A stretch of DNA of 64,000 nt from Opitutales bacterium (GTDB taxonomy: Bacteria > Verrucomicrobiota > Verrucomicrobiia > Opitutales > UBA2987): NCBI GenBank assembly GCA_021772515.1, contig JAJFLU010000026.1:77813-141812 (forward strand), written 5' to 3'. Of this stretch, positions 37,619 to 47,211 are shown in pieces. The translations under genes were made by a program, and so were the position numbers. The notes beneath the pieces are model-generated. The model had not been told where the DNA came from, did not search any database, and worked only from the letters and a program-made list of their open reading frames with translations. The first letter of the stretch is position 1, and each line of letters starts with the position of its first letter.

Positions 37619-39721
37619 TTAGTTTATGCCGAGTTTCTTTAGAAAAGGCTCCATCGAGCGTTCTCTCCCGAGGAAAGCCTCGATGGATTGGCTCACATCG
37701 CGGGAGTCTCCCGATGAGTAAATTTCTTTGCGCAATCGTCTACCGGTTTTGTGATCGAGATAGCCATCTGTCGCTTTTTCAAAAACGTTGGCCATGTCGG
37801 CGGCGATGACATCGGACCAGGCATATCCGTAATAACCGGCATCATAGCCGACGAGGTGGCCAAAAAATGCTGGAAACGCGGTATTTTCCGGCGCTGGGAG
37901 AAAGGTGTTTTTAAATAAACGATCCGATTCTTTGAGGAGATCAAAATCCTCTGAGGCAACCAGGGGGCTATGATAGGACATATCCATCAGGCCTAATAGT
38001 AATTGCCTGCTGTAGGTTGTGGCGACGGTGGCTTTTTTCGCCTCGGTGATTCTGGTGAGGGTGTCCCGGGAAATTTTTTTCGAGGGGTCGCGATAATCGG
38101 CGGCAAATCGGTCGAGCACTTCCTTGCTTTCAAGCCAGTATTCCAGCATCTGTGAGGGCGCTTCCACAAAATCTCTGGGGACACTGGTGCCGGAGAATCG
38201 ATAAAATTCCACCTGCGACATCATTGAATGCAATACGTGGCCAAATTCATGAAAGAGAGTCTCCACTTCATCCAGCGAAAGAAGGGAAGGCTCGTCACCT
38301 TGTGGGGGAGGAAAATTGCAAATCAGCGCGACGGTGGGCCGTAGTTTTTGACCATTGGGCAACTGCCTGCTGCCGATTATGGGAAATTGGGCAAAGTGGT
38401 TGTATTTTCCCGGTCTGGGATACATATCCAGGTAAAACAGGCCCATGGGCTCCCCTGATTCGGAGTCGGAGACCACATGCAAGGTAACATCCTCATGCCA
38501 GCGGTAGGGGTTCTCGATTTCCTCAATTTTCAAGCCGAATACCTCTTGGTAGAGATCGAACATTCCCTTGAGGGTGGCATCATAGGGGAAGAATACTCTG
38601 AGGGCTTCGGTATCTACCTGATACTTATCCTTCATCAACTTATTGCGATAGTATCGCCAATCCCAGATATTGATTTTGGCCTTGGGATCACCGGTATCAC
38701 TGGCTTTAAGCGCTTGAAAAGCTGCCAGCTCGGCTTCGAATTTTGGCTTCAGCCCACTGTTCAATTTATTGAGAAAAGAGAGGACGGTTGAGGCGTTATT
38801 GGCCATTTTGACTTCGGTCCGGTAGTCACCCCAAGAGGAATAGCCGAGGTTTGAGGCGATGTCCGAGCGTATGTTCAATATCTGTTTCAATAGCTCCACG
38901 TTATTCTCCCCGGCCAGGGTGTAGCGGGCGAATTTGACTTTTTTGCGGGTTTCCTCGTTGCTGGCATTCCTCATTATGGCCAAAAAATGCCAGGTAATGT
39001 TGGCCATAATGGTGTATTCGTCATCACCCGTTTTAATGCCCTCCTGCCCTAGAAACGAAGCGGGAACCCCCGTGAGTTCTGCGGCTGTAAATGTCAGCGG
39101 GGCAACGGCATCTGCAATGTTGGTGTCAAAATCCTTGGAGAGTTTCGCCAATTCTTTTTGCAAGCGTTCCAACTCGGTTCTTTTCTCTTTGGAAAGCTCG
39201 AAGCCATTCCTTTTATAGTCGAGGAGGGTTTCCTTGAGCAATTTCGCTTTTTCGCCGGTTAATTGGGGCGAGGTTTTGGTATAATTTCGGATTGATTGAT
39301 AAACATCTGCCCGGAAATCGAAGGCGACTTCCCATTCTTCGTATTTTTTCAATGCCTCGGTGGCCGCTTTTCTAATGGCGGCGTCCGGCGCAGCATTTTC
39401 GAGGATCCATATGGGACTGATGGCGGAGTCCACCCGATAACCCAAATCATCGAGAGCGGCGATGGTATTGCTGAAAGAAGCCTCATCTTCCTTCAATTCG
39501 GCGATGGCATCTCCCTCCTTATCGCCAATTGCCAAACCCTGGTCGAGAGTGGCATCGATTTTGTCGGGGGTTTGATCGAAATCGGGAACCTTCAATACCG
39601 CATTGAAGGATTGGGCTTTTTTCTGAAAATGGGAGAGATTTCTTAATGCGCCGAAAGACTCAATCGTCGGCAGGAGCAAGCCCGCGAGAAGGCAGGAGAT
39701 GAAAAGTTTTCTCAGTATCAT
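37619..39721 (-). CDS. Secreted M3-family oligopeptidase (thimet oligopeptidase / Dcp-like)
   Basis: HEXXH zinc site in LFHEFGHVLHS with a downstream E (FVEAPSQMLE). Signal-like MILRKLFISCLLAGLLLP, so the start is moved from 39814 to 39721. Confidence 0.88.
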   Translation of the reverse strand: MILRKLFISCLLAGLLLPTIESFGALRNLSHFQKKAQSFNAVLKVPDFDQTPDKIDATLDQGLAIGDKEGDAIAELKEDEASFSNTIAALDDLGYRVDSAISPIWILENAAPDAAIRKAATEALKKYEEWEVAFDFRADVYQSIRNYTKTSPQLTGEKAKLLKETLLDYKRNGFELSKEKRTELERLQKELAKLSKDFDTNIADAVAPLTFTAAELTGVPASFLGQEGIKTGDDEYTIMANITWHFLAIMRNASNEETRKKVKFARYTLAGENNVELLKQILNIRSDIASNLGYSSWGDYRTEVKMANNASTVLSFLNKLNSGLKPKFEAELAAFQALKASDTGDPKAKINIWDWRYYRNKLMKDKYQVDTEALRVFFPYDATLKGMFDLYQEVFGLKIEEIENPYRWHEDVTLHVVSDSESGEPMGLFYLDMYPRPGKYNHFAQFPIIGSRQLPNGQKLRPTVALICNFPPPQGDEPSLLSLDEVETLFHEFGHVLHSMMSQVEFYRFSGTSVPRDFVEAPSQMLEYWLESKEVLDRFAADYRDPSKKISRDTLTRITEAKKATVATTYSRQLLLGLMDMSYHSPLVASEDFDLLKESDRLFKNTFLPAPENTAFPAFFGHLVGYDAGYYGYAWSDVIAADMANVFEKATDGYLDHKTGRRLRKEIYSSGDSRDVSQSIEAFLGRERSMEPFLKKLGIN

Positions 39722-40054
39722 AATCTCTATTTGGGAAAGCAGGGAGACGGGAAAAACTCGAATATGGAGGGCTTTGTTAAACCATCCTATTTGAAGCGCC
39801 AATTTTGGCCACAAAATGTTACGGATTGCAATGGCAAAAACCCCGCCGTGAAAGTGTTCGCAAGATTTGCATCTCTCCTGCCGATCCCTTTGGGCAGCGT
39901 TAATAGACAGGGCGAAAAATCATTCATTTTTTTTGAATCCATATCCATGTTTTAATAGTCTTATCTATTGAAAACAGGTAGAGAGGCGAATTGTTCCCTG
40001 AGAAGGGTCGCTTGATGCCTGTTGTGTAAATAATCTCAAAAAGGAAATTTAACA

Positions 40055-40786
40055 ATGAAGACCAAAATCCGCTATCAACCTGTCCTGGTCGCCTCCTGGC
40101 TCGTCCTCACAATGGCATTTATGTCCGGCTGCCAAGACTCGTTCGGGGGCGTGAGGGGAACCGGCGAGATAAAAACGGAAACACGGGAATTTCCACCCTT
40201 CGATGAGATTGATTTCGGGGGCAAGGGGCAGATTGCCCTTATCACGGGCGACAAATACGAAGTTCGTGTGGAAGCCTATGAAAACCTTCTTCCGCTGCTC
40301 CAAACCGAAGTCAGGGACGGTCGCCTGAAATTGAAATTTAAAAAACGAGTCAGAAGCAAAAAGCCCATTCGTTTTTATATCACCGCGCCGGTGTATAAGG
40401 CTTTGGATATGAGTGGGAGCATTGAAATCAAATCAGCGGGGGTATTGGTTACCGATGAGTTGGATCTGGAATTTTCGGGGGCCAGCGAGGGGATTCTTGA
40501 GGTTAAAACAAAGGAACTTCGGACAACTCTTTCCGGAGCGAGTGAAATGAAATTTTCGGGCACAACCGATTTTCACAAAATTAGTATCAGTGGCGCCGGA
40601 GAAATTAAAGCACTGGACCTGAAATCAAAAAACATCGAACTGAGAATCAGTGGCGCGGGCGACGCCAAGGTTTACGCTACCGAAGAGCTGAAAGTAAGGA
40701 TTTCTGGCGCTGGTGACGTGCGTTACAAAGGCGATCCCAATATCGAGAAAAAGGTGAGCGGAGCCGGGAGCATTAAACCGTACTAG
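40055..40786 (+). CDS. DUF2807 (head GIN-domain) lipoprotein
   Basis: Lipobox AFMSGC and repeated beta-strand units carrying SGAS/SGAGE/SGAGD, ending KGDPNIEKKVSGAGSIKPY, as in DUF2807 proteins. Confidence 0.7.
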   Translation: MKTKIRYQPVLVASWLVLTMAFMSGCQDSFGGVRGTGEIKTETREFPPFDEIDFGGKGQIALITGDKYEVRVEAYENLLPLLQTEVRDGRLKLKFKKRVRSKKPIRFYITAPVYKALDMSGSIEIKSAGVLVTDELDLEFSGASEGILEVKTKELRTTLSGASEMKFSGTTDFHKISISGAGEIKALDLKSKNIELRISGAGDAKVYATEELKVRISGAGDVRYKGDPNIEKKVSGAGSIKPY

Positions 40787-40964
40787 ACACCCTCTTAGAG
40801 TTTCCGTTTCTGATTTATTGACATAATCGGTTCTATTTCTAGGTTTTCAGGCTACAGGAGAGAGTTCTTTTCGGGTTCCCGAGAGGGAATTTGTTTGCAA
40901 TCTTGCTGCGCTCATTCCTGTGCCACCCACAACCATCGCCCCACTTAACAAAACCTTAAGAAAT

Positions 40965-43769
40965 ATGAAAAAAACCCATTTTTTAAAACTCACTTTAACC
41001 CTTTTCTCAATTGGGATAATTGCCCTCACTGGCCCGAAAGGAGCCAATGCCGAGGTCGAGGGCTTTTCAAAAATCAGAGAGTTGGGAGGAATCGAGGAAT
41101 ACCGGATGGATGCCAATGGCCTGACCGTGCTGGTGATCGAGGATCATTCCGCACCGGTGGCGACTTTTATGGTAACTTATATGGTGGGTTCGCGCAACGA
41201 AGTCACCGGCACAACGGGTTCAACCCACTTGCTGGAGCATCTTATGTTCAAGGGGACGGAAAAGTTCAACAAGGCCAACAGCAGCGATCCCACCCGTCTT
41301 CTTCAAAACGTGGGTGCGCTTATCAATGCAACCACTTGGTATGACCGAACCAACTACTACGCTAATATGCCCATCGATCACCTCGAGATGGTCATCGAAA
41401 TCGAGGCGGACCGTATGCGCGGTTTGTTGCTCAGAGACGAAGATCGGCAGCCGGAAATGACCGTTGTCCGCAACGAGTTCGAGCGGGGGGAAAACGACCC
41501 GGTTCGCGCTCTTTTGCAGGAGACTTTTCAAGCGGCCTTTGTGGCGCATCCCTACCATCATTCGACGATTGGCTGGCGTTCGGACATCGAGAAGGTTTCC
41601 ATTGAGAAGTTACGTGAATTCTATGACACCTTTTATTGGCCAAATAATGCGACTGTTTCGGTAATTGGTGATTTTCAGGTCAATGAAGCACTAGCGCTGG
41701 TGAAAGAGTATTACGGAGCGATTCCTTCTTCGCCCCACCCCATTCCAGGGATGTACACGGAGGAACCCGAGCAAAGAGGCCCACGCAGGGTAAGCGTAAA
41801 ACGCAATGGGCAACTTGGCCTAGTCAGTATCGCGCATAAAATTCCTGAAGGGGCCCACAACGACACCTTTGCTTTGAGCGTATTGGAAAGAATTCTCACT
41901 TCGGGAAAAAGCAGTAGATTTTATAAGTTGCTAATCGATAAAGGACTAGCGGTTGATACTTTTTTGTGGAATTTCCCCTTTCGCGATCCCGGCCTTTTCG
42001 CGCCTTTTATCTTTCTGACTCCGGAGACCCCGCATGAGGATGTGGAGAAAATCATTCTTGAGGAGTACGAAAATATTAGAGCCAATGGAGTTTCCCAAGA
42101 GGAAGTGGATCGTGTCATCAGCCAAATCCAAGCCGATACAGCCTATGCCAGAGATGGATCATTTTCCGTGGCCAGTGTTCTGAATGAAAGCATCGCGATG
42201 GGAGACTGGACTTTTTATGTGCGCTACCCGGAGGCGGTGGCCAAGGTCACACCCGCAGATGTCCAAAGGGTGGTGCAAACCTATATGGTGGAAGATCACA
42301 GCACGACCGGTTATTTCATCCCCCTGGTGCCGGGAGGAGATGATGGAGGAGCGATTGCGGCACCGCATTTTCAAGGCGAATCAGATGCTGTCCTTTACTA
42401 TCGGACACCAGGCGCTTCCCTCGATCCCCTAATGCCCAATGCCACCAATGGGAAAGAGGGTCAATCGGCACCAAAGTCAAAACGGAAGCAAAAACCGTAT
42501 TCCGCAGCGATCAAACAAAAGGAGATTCACGGGATCGAGGTAATTTCGATGAAAACCGAGGTGAAAGATGTTGTGACGATACGCGGCAGTCTCCCGGCGG
42601 GGGATGCTTTCAGTCCGACCACCAATTCCTCGATTGCAGATCTGACGGGTAATATGCTGGACAAGGGAACGCTCGAAACCGGCAAATTCGAATTGGCCGA
42701 GAAGCTGGAAAAGGTTGGCGCTTCGCTTAATTTTTCGGTTGGTCCTCATCTGTTGAATATTTCCGGTCAATGCCTCAAAAAGGATTTGCCTTTGGTAATT
42801 GACCTGCTGGCGGAACAATTGCGCGAGCCATCTTTTGATGAGGAGGAGTTGGCCAAACAGAAAAAGCACCGCACGGGCGAAATGAAACAACTCCTGGATG
42901 ACCCCAATTACCAGGCTACCGATGAACTGGGCAGACTTGTTTTTCCGGAAAATCACCCCAATCATCAACAATCTGCGGAAATTTTAATCGAGGATATCGA
43001 GTCCGTCACGGTGGAGGATCTTCGGGCGTTTCATAAATCGGTTTATGGCCCGAAATCAATGATATTGGTCGCGGTTGGAGACATGGATGATGTAGTCCTG
43101 CAAAGCTCTATTGGTAAGGCTTTCGATCAATGGACCGGCGGTGTTAATATCCCCAACTACGATCCGGCGGGTAGGATAAATCCGGGCCGCAAAGAGGTGG
43201 TCTATATGGCTGATAAACCCAGTGTAAGCGTGAGATTGGCAATGGCTTCCGGGCTCAAACAAAGTGATCCTGACTACCTCGACCTGATGATGGGAACTTA
43301 TATCCTGGGGGGAAATTTTGCCGCTCGGCTGATGCAAACAGTTCGCGATGAGGAGGGTCTGACTTATGGGATTGGTTCGCGCATGGGCGCCGATCTTTAC
43401 AGCGATGGTATTTGGAGAATCAGCGCTAGTTTCGCTCCGCAACTTCTGGAGCAAGGGCTGGCCTCAACCCGTCGTCAACTCAATTTGTGGTACGAAAACG
43501 GTATTACCGAGGAGGAACTTGAAGCAAAAAAGACGACCCTCATCGGCTCCTATAAAGTGAGGTTGGCCACCACGGGAGGCATGGCCGGAAAAATATTATC
43601 GTTTGCCCAAATGGGCCGACCCGTGAGTTACCTCGATAAATATTCCGATGATCTTGAGGCCATCGAGCTCACGTCGGTAAATGCTACCATTAAGAAGTAT
43701 TTGAATCCCGAGGACATGATAACCGTCATGGCCGGAAGTGTGGAAGAAGGCGAAGAGTCAGAGAAATAG
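40965..43769 (+). CDS. Secreted M16-family (pitrilysin/insulinase) zinc peptidase, fused active and inactive halves
   Basis: Inverted zinc motif HXXEH in STHLLEHLMFKGT near the N-terminus. A second M16-like half without the motif follows from about res 520. Signal-like MKKTHFLKLTLTLFSIGIIALTG (start moved from GTG 40920). Confidence 0.88.
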   Translation: MKKTHFLKLTLTLFSIGIIALTGPKGANAEVEGFSKIRELGGIEEYRMDANGLTVLVIEDHSAPVATFMVTYMVGSRNEVTGTTGSTHLLEHLMFKGTEKFNKANSSDPTRLLQNVGALINATTWYDRTNYYANMPIDHLEMVIEIEADRMRGLLLRDEDRQPEMTVVRNEFERGENDPVRALLQETFQAAFVAHPYHHSTIGWRSDIEKVSIEKLREFYDTFYWPNNATVSVIGDFQVNEALALVKEYYGAIPSSPHPIPGMYTEEPEQRGPRRVSVKRNGQLGLVSIAHKIPEGAHNDTFALSVLERILTSGKSSRFYKLLIDKGLAVDTFLWNFPFRDPGLFAPFIFLTPETPHEDVEKIILEEYENIRANGVSQEEVDRVISQIQADTAYARDGSFSVASVLNESIAMGDWTFYVRYPEAVAKVTPADVQRVVQTYMVEDHSTTGYFIPLVPGGDDGGAIAAPHFQGESDAVLYYRTPGASLDPLMPNATNGKEGQSAPKSKRKQKPYSAAIKQKEIHGIEVISMKTEVKDVVTIRGSLPAGDAFSPTTNSSIADLTGNMLDKGTLETGKFELAEKLEKVGASLNFSVGPHLLNISGQCLKKDLPLVIDLLAEQLREPSFDEEELAKQKKHRTGEMKQLLDDPNYQATDELGRLVFPENHPNHQQSAEILIEDIESVTVEDLRAFHKSVYGPKSMILVAVGDMDDVVLQSSIGKAFDQWTGGVNIPNYDPAGRINPGRKEVVYMADKPSVSVRLAMASGLKQSDPDYLDLMMGTYILGGNFAARLMQTVRDEEGLTYGIGSRMGADLYSDGIWRISASFAPQLLEQGLASTRRQLNLWYENGITEEELEAKKTTLIGSYKVRLATTGGMAGKILSFAQMGRPVSYLDKYSDDLEAIELTSVNATIKKYLNPEDMITVMAGSVEEGEESEK

Positions 43770-43795
43770 ATCATTTTCAGCAAGCGTCAAAAAAA

Positions 43796-43824
43796 AGAAC
43801 CTCCGGTGTATTACCGGAGGTTCT
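43796..43824 (+). terminator. Stem-loop downstream of the M16 peptidase gene
   Basis: AGAACCTCCGG-TGTATTA-CCGGAGGTTCT has an 11-bp perfect stem. It is preceded by an A-run and followed by only a short T-run (TTT). Confidence 0.55.
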
Positions 43825-44126
43825 TTAGAAAAGTTGCACTGAAGAACGCGACAGCCTGTTACTTTTACGTACAATGGCGTTTCTCTATAGGCGCTAGGAC
43901 ACCATCACCTGCCGTGTCCTCCAGTGCCAATATAATCACCAATCGGCCGATTTCTCATAGGTATAGTGATCATATTGTTCGGTTTGTTAACAGTGGGGTT
44001 ATTTCTGTTACCAAATGCTTACAGCAAATTTTCGAAGAATTAAAGAAAATTTATCCACTATATCGAATTTTTTTGAATCTTTTGAGCCTTTGGAGGTATC
44101 CAAATGGTAAATCCAACACCAAAATC

Positions 44127-44792
44127 ATGTTTAAATATCTATCTTATTACCTTCTCATTGGCTTAATAACTCTTTTTTCGCAGTCTGGCGCTCCGTTGAT
44201 CTCGGCCGCAGAAGAAGAAAGCGAGGGTTCAATCGGCGTAACCGTAGAAGTGGAATCCGATGCCGATGAGCCGGAATCTGCCTCGAAGGATGGAGAGGAA
44301 ACCATAGTGGTGACGGCAGATGGAGATTTTTTTGACGATTTCGGCCATCATTCTGGCGGAGATGATGACGACGATCATGGACTATCCGTTGATTTGGACG
44401 GTAAAGGCGGGATCAAACTTTTCGCAATTGTAGTTATTTGCGCAATTGTTTTTTTATCCCCGGCAATCTTTCTGGGTGTGATTCTCTACTATTTTTATCG
44501 ACGTCGCAAACTGTCCCATGAGACCTCCATTTTGCTGGCGAATAAAGGTGTTGAAGTACCTCCTGCACTTCTAAGGCCACAAAGAAAGGACTTGCAAAAC
44601 GGCATATTGTTGATCACCGGTGGTGTAGGTGTTTCTGCTCTGTTCCAAGTCTTTGGCGACGATCTGTGGAGATTGGGACTCCTGCCGATTTTTCTCGGCA
44701 TCGGTTACCTGATTGTGTGGAAATTGGGGGAAATGAAGAATAGAAAAGCAAGAATCGCCTCACAAATAAGCGATTTGGATATCGATAAATAA
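44127..44792 (+). CDS. Hypothetical membrane protein with an acidic/His-rich exo-domain, first gene of the ECF sigma operon
   Basis: MFKYLSYYLLIGLITLF signal/anchor, then a D/E-rich stretch (FFDDFGHHSGGDDDDDHG), then 3 TM segments. The track ORF from 43806 runs through the terminator hairpin, so it is trimmed to the ATG at 44127. Confidence 0.5.
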   Translation: MFKYLSYYLLIGLITLFSQSGAPLISAAEEESEGSIGVTVEVESDADEPESASKDGEETIVVTADGDFFDDFGHHSGGDDDDDHGLSVDLDGKGGIKLFAIVVICAIVFLSPAIFLGVILYYFYRRRKLSHETSILLANKGVEVPPALLRPQRKDLQNGILLITGGVGVSALFQVFGDDLWRLGLLPIFLGIGYLIVWKLGEMKNRKARIASQISDLDIDK

Positions 44793-44796
44793 TGGA

Positions 44797-45345
44797 TTGG
44801 AAGTGCCCCTTACAGATGCAAATCTTATTGACCGGGTTCTGCAAGATGATGACCGTAATGCATTCAACGAGCTTGTCCGCAATCACCAATCGGCGGTTCG
44901 CGGTCTCCAACGGAGGCTTACCAATGGCAATGACACTTTGGCCGATGATCTGGCCCAAATCACCTTCATACGCGCCTACCGGTCCCTGCCGAAGTTTAAG
45001 CAAAAATCCAAATTCAGCACTTGGCTTTACCGGATCGCCTATAATGTTTTCCTCAGCGAAATCAGGCGCACCCGGCATCATGTGGAGCTGGAGGAAGCGG
45101 CTTTGGAGGACGCAGCTCATCCCTCGCATTCAGAAAAAATCAGTCTTAAAAATGATTTGGAGGAAGGAATGAAGCGGTTGACAGAAAACGAGAGAGCCGC
45201 TATATTTTTATGCTACAATGAAGGACTTTCTCATGAGGAGGCAGCCGGAGCGTTGGATATGCCACTGGGGACAATTAAAACCCATATTTTGCGCGGTAAA
45301 AAGAAATTACGCCAATTTTTGAAGGACTGGGCTCCCAATGAGTAA
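44797..45345 (+). CDS. ECF-type RNA polymerase sigma factor (sigma-70 family, group 4)
   Basis: Region 2 (FNELVRNHQSAVRG..., DDLAQITFIRAY) and region 4 HTH (LSHEEAAGALDMPLGTIKTHILRGKKKL). Non-ATG start (TTG 44797 or GTG 44803). Confidence 0.85.
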   Translation: MEVPLTDANLIDRVLQDDDRNAFNELVRNHQSAVRGLQRRLTNGNDTLADDLAQITFIRAYRSLPKFKQKSKFSTWLYRIAYNVFLSEIRRTRHHVELEEAALEDAAHPSHSEKISLKNDLEEGMKRLTENERAAIFLCYNEGLSHEEAAGALDMPLGTIKTHILRGKKKLRQFLKDWAPNE

Positions 45346-45363
45346 TTCAATCGAAAATTTAAA

Positions 45364-45717
45364 ATGAATCCCGAGGATAAAAAAGATTGGCTGGACATCT
45401 GTTTGGCGGAAAACACCCACTACATTAGCGATGGCGGGTTTTCGGCCAATGTCATGAAGGCTTTGCCGCCATTTCTACCGGACAATATTTGGGACTGGAG
45501 GCGCTTTGCGGTATTATCGGGAATGACAGGTTTGGCGTTGGTGGCGACCCTGTCTCATATGCCCGACCCGGAGGTAATCCTGGCCCAAGTCACCATGGCG
45601 TTCAAATTGCAATCTCTGGGAACGCAATTGCTTACATCCTTGATCGTCGGTGGTGCGGCCTTTGGAGCCTCCGCCATTATCGGAACTGGCCTGACCGCTT
45701 TTTTACAGGCCGATTGA
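45364..45717 (+). CDS. Putative membrane anti-sigma factor
   Basis: Called from position immediately after the ECF sigma gene, a short cytoplasmic N-terminus (ISDGGFSANVMKAL) and two TM segments. No zf-HC2 motif. Confidence 0.4.
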   Translation: MNPEDKKDWLDICLAENTHYISDGGFSANVMKALPPFLPDNIWDWRRFAVLSGMTGLALVATLSHMPDPEVILAQVTMAFKLQSLGTQLLTSLIVGGAAFGASAIIGTGLTAFLQAD

Positions 45718-45751
45718 TATGGATTTGGCCGAAGACCGTGCAATGGAGAAC

Positions 45752-46288
45752 TCAATCCCCTGTGCGGACGCCCTCACTTCTTAACGTCAAGCTTGTATCG
45801 CTTTTCGGATTTTCAGGATCGAATTCGGAGAGGTTTGCGCTACTGAGCCCCAACCGCGAACCGGTAACATTTCCTCCGATGGCTTGACGCTGCCATGTCC
45901 AATCCAGCATGGCCATAAGTCTTTCGGGCTCACCACTGCCAGATTCGACAATTTCACCTCCCTGAGCTACCTTTGCCTCCAGTTGAGAAACAATCTGATC
46001 TGTTATGTCTGCCCCACTCTTATCAACTAAAGGGTAAACTTCCACCTGCTTTGATATCAAATCAGCAGTAAACCAAAATTTTTTTCCCCGGTTATTAGTG
46101 GCGATGCCGGTAACCTCATCCTCATGCCATACCAAGTCATTGCTCAACGAGATCGGGTTGTTGTCGGTTTCCTTGGAAAATCCGTATTTCCAAAGGACAA
46201 CGGAGGGGTTGGTCGAGGCGCAGCCCATAAAAAAAAGGATTGGCGCAGTAAAAAAGAGGAGTAATAGTGGGGTAATTTTTTTATTCAT
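45752..46288 (-). CDS. Hypothetical lipoprotein, paralogue B
   Basis: 178 aa with lipobox FFMGCAS. It shares LWK(Y/H)GFSKE..NNPI, GKKFWF and LDWTW blocks with the 46411-46944 product. Confidence 0.6.
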   Translation of the reverse strand: MNKKITPLLLLFFTAPILFFMGCASTNPSVVLWKYGFSKETDNNPISLSNDLVWHEDEVTGIATNNRGKKFWFTADLISKQVEVYPLVDKSGADITDQIVSQLEAKVAQGGEIVESGSGEPERLMAMLDWTWQRQAIGGNVTGSRLGLSSANLSEFDPENPKSDTSLTLRSEGVRTGD

Positions 46289-46410
46289 ATATGATAAACA
46301 GCGATGTTATGGTAGCATGTGATTTGCAACGAGTGGGAGGGTTTTCCGGTTTTTTGAAACTAAATCTGACAAAAAGCATGGATATACAGGTGAAATTGAC
46401 TTTTTATTGG

Positions 46411-46944
46411 TCAACCTCCTTTTCTGGAACGAACCTGTACTCCCGGAATTTTACTCAAATCCTTAACACCTTCAACAATTTCCAGCCTATCCGCGCCGAA
46501 ACCTAAATAGGAACTTGTTGCAGAAATCACTTCTTTGTTACGAACCCAAGTCCAGTCTAATTCCTCCATTGCTTGGTTGGCTTCGTCTCCTTCAAGTGCA
46601 AACAAGAGATCTTCACCGCCTTCATTAAAAACCTCGTCCATGAGAATCTGAATATCGTCGCTTCGATCGATTCCCTCCATATCAGTGATGGTAAAGATAT
46701 TTACTTTTTTAGTGTTTGTATTGGCGATAAACCAAAACTTTTTGCCTTTTCTATTTGTGGCCAGCCCGATGATATGTCCATCGTTCGATACGATTCTATC
46801 GCCCAGATAGATTGGATTGTTTGTGACCTCCTTGGAAAAACCATGTTTCCAGAGCTCGACGGAGGAATTAGAGGCGCAGCCGAGAAAGAATAGGAACGCT
46901 GAGAATAAACTCAGGGAAAGCAGAACTCCTTTTGCGGTTTTCAT
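46411..46944 (-). CDS. Hypothetical lipoprotein, paralogue A
   Basis: 177 aa with lipobox FFLGCAS. It is colinear with paralogue B over its whole length. Confidence 0.6.
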   Translation of the reverse strand: MKTAKGVLLSLSLFSAFLFFLGCASNSSVELWKHGFSKEVTNNPIYLGDRIVSNDGHIIGLATNRKGKKFWFIANTNTKKVNIFTITDMEGIDRSDDIQILMDEVFNEGGEDLLFALEGDEANQAMEELDWTWVRNKEVISATSSYLGFGADRLEIVEGVKDLSKIPGVQVRSRKGG

Positions 46945-47020
46945 GATAACTAGCAGATTTCTGGTTAGAGGTTATTGGAAGACGAAGGTGCTATGAGCCA
47001 TGTGGCTCGAATGGAAACCC

Positions 47021-47040
47021 CACAAAATGTCCATTTTGTG
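47021..47040. promoter_or_regulatory. 20-bp palindrome CACAAAATG-TC-CATTTTGTG, operator-like
   Basis: Perfect 9+2+9 palindrome, 77-96 bp upstream of the lipoprotein A start. A second palindrome, GAGCCA-TG-TGGCTC, lies at 46995-47008. Confidence 0.35.
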
Positions 47041-47211
47041 CCTAATTAATGAAATTTTGATCTTTAGTATACGCAATTTGTCCAGTGGGGTGGATATAAT
47101 ATAGCTTTTATCGAGACATTGTAAAGAAGTATCACTTAATTTTTATATAAGCGAAAGTAATTTATCAATAGATTGAATTATTCACCAGAATTATTGAGCA
47201 TCAGGGTGGAT

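Noticed and set aside
39809-39819. The 11-mer CCACAAAATGT is shared with the palindrome at 47020-47030
   Set aside because: A single shared 11-mer between two sites in 64 kb (both strands) is expected by chance. The 39.8-kb copy is not palindromic.
43806-44126. Upstream 107 codons of the 328-aa track ORF
   Set aside because: The extension starts inside the terminator hairpin after the M16 gene and has no membrane or signal features. The ATG at 44127 gives a sensible signal/anchor sequence.
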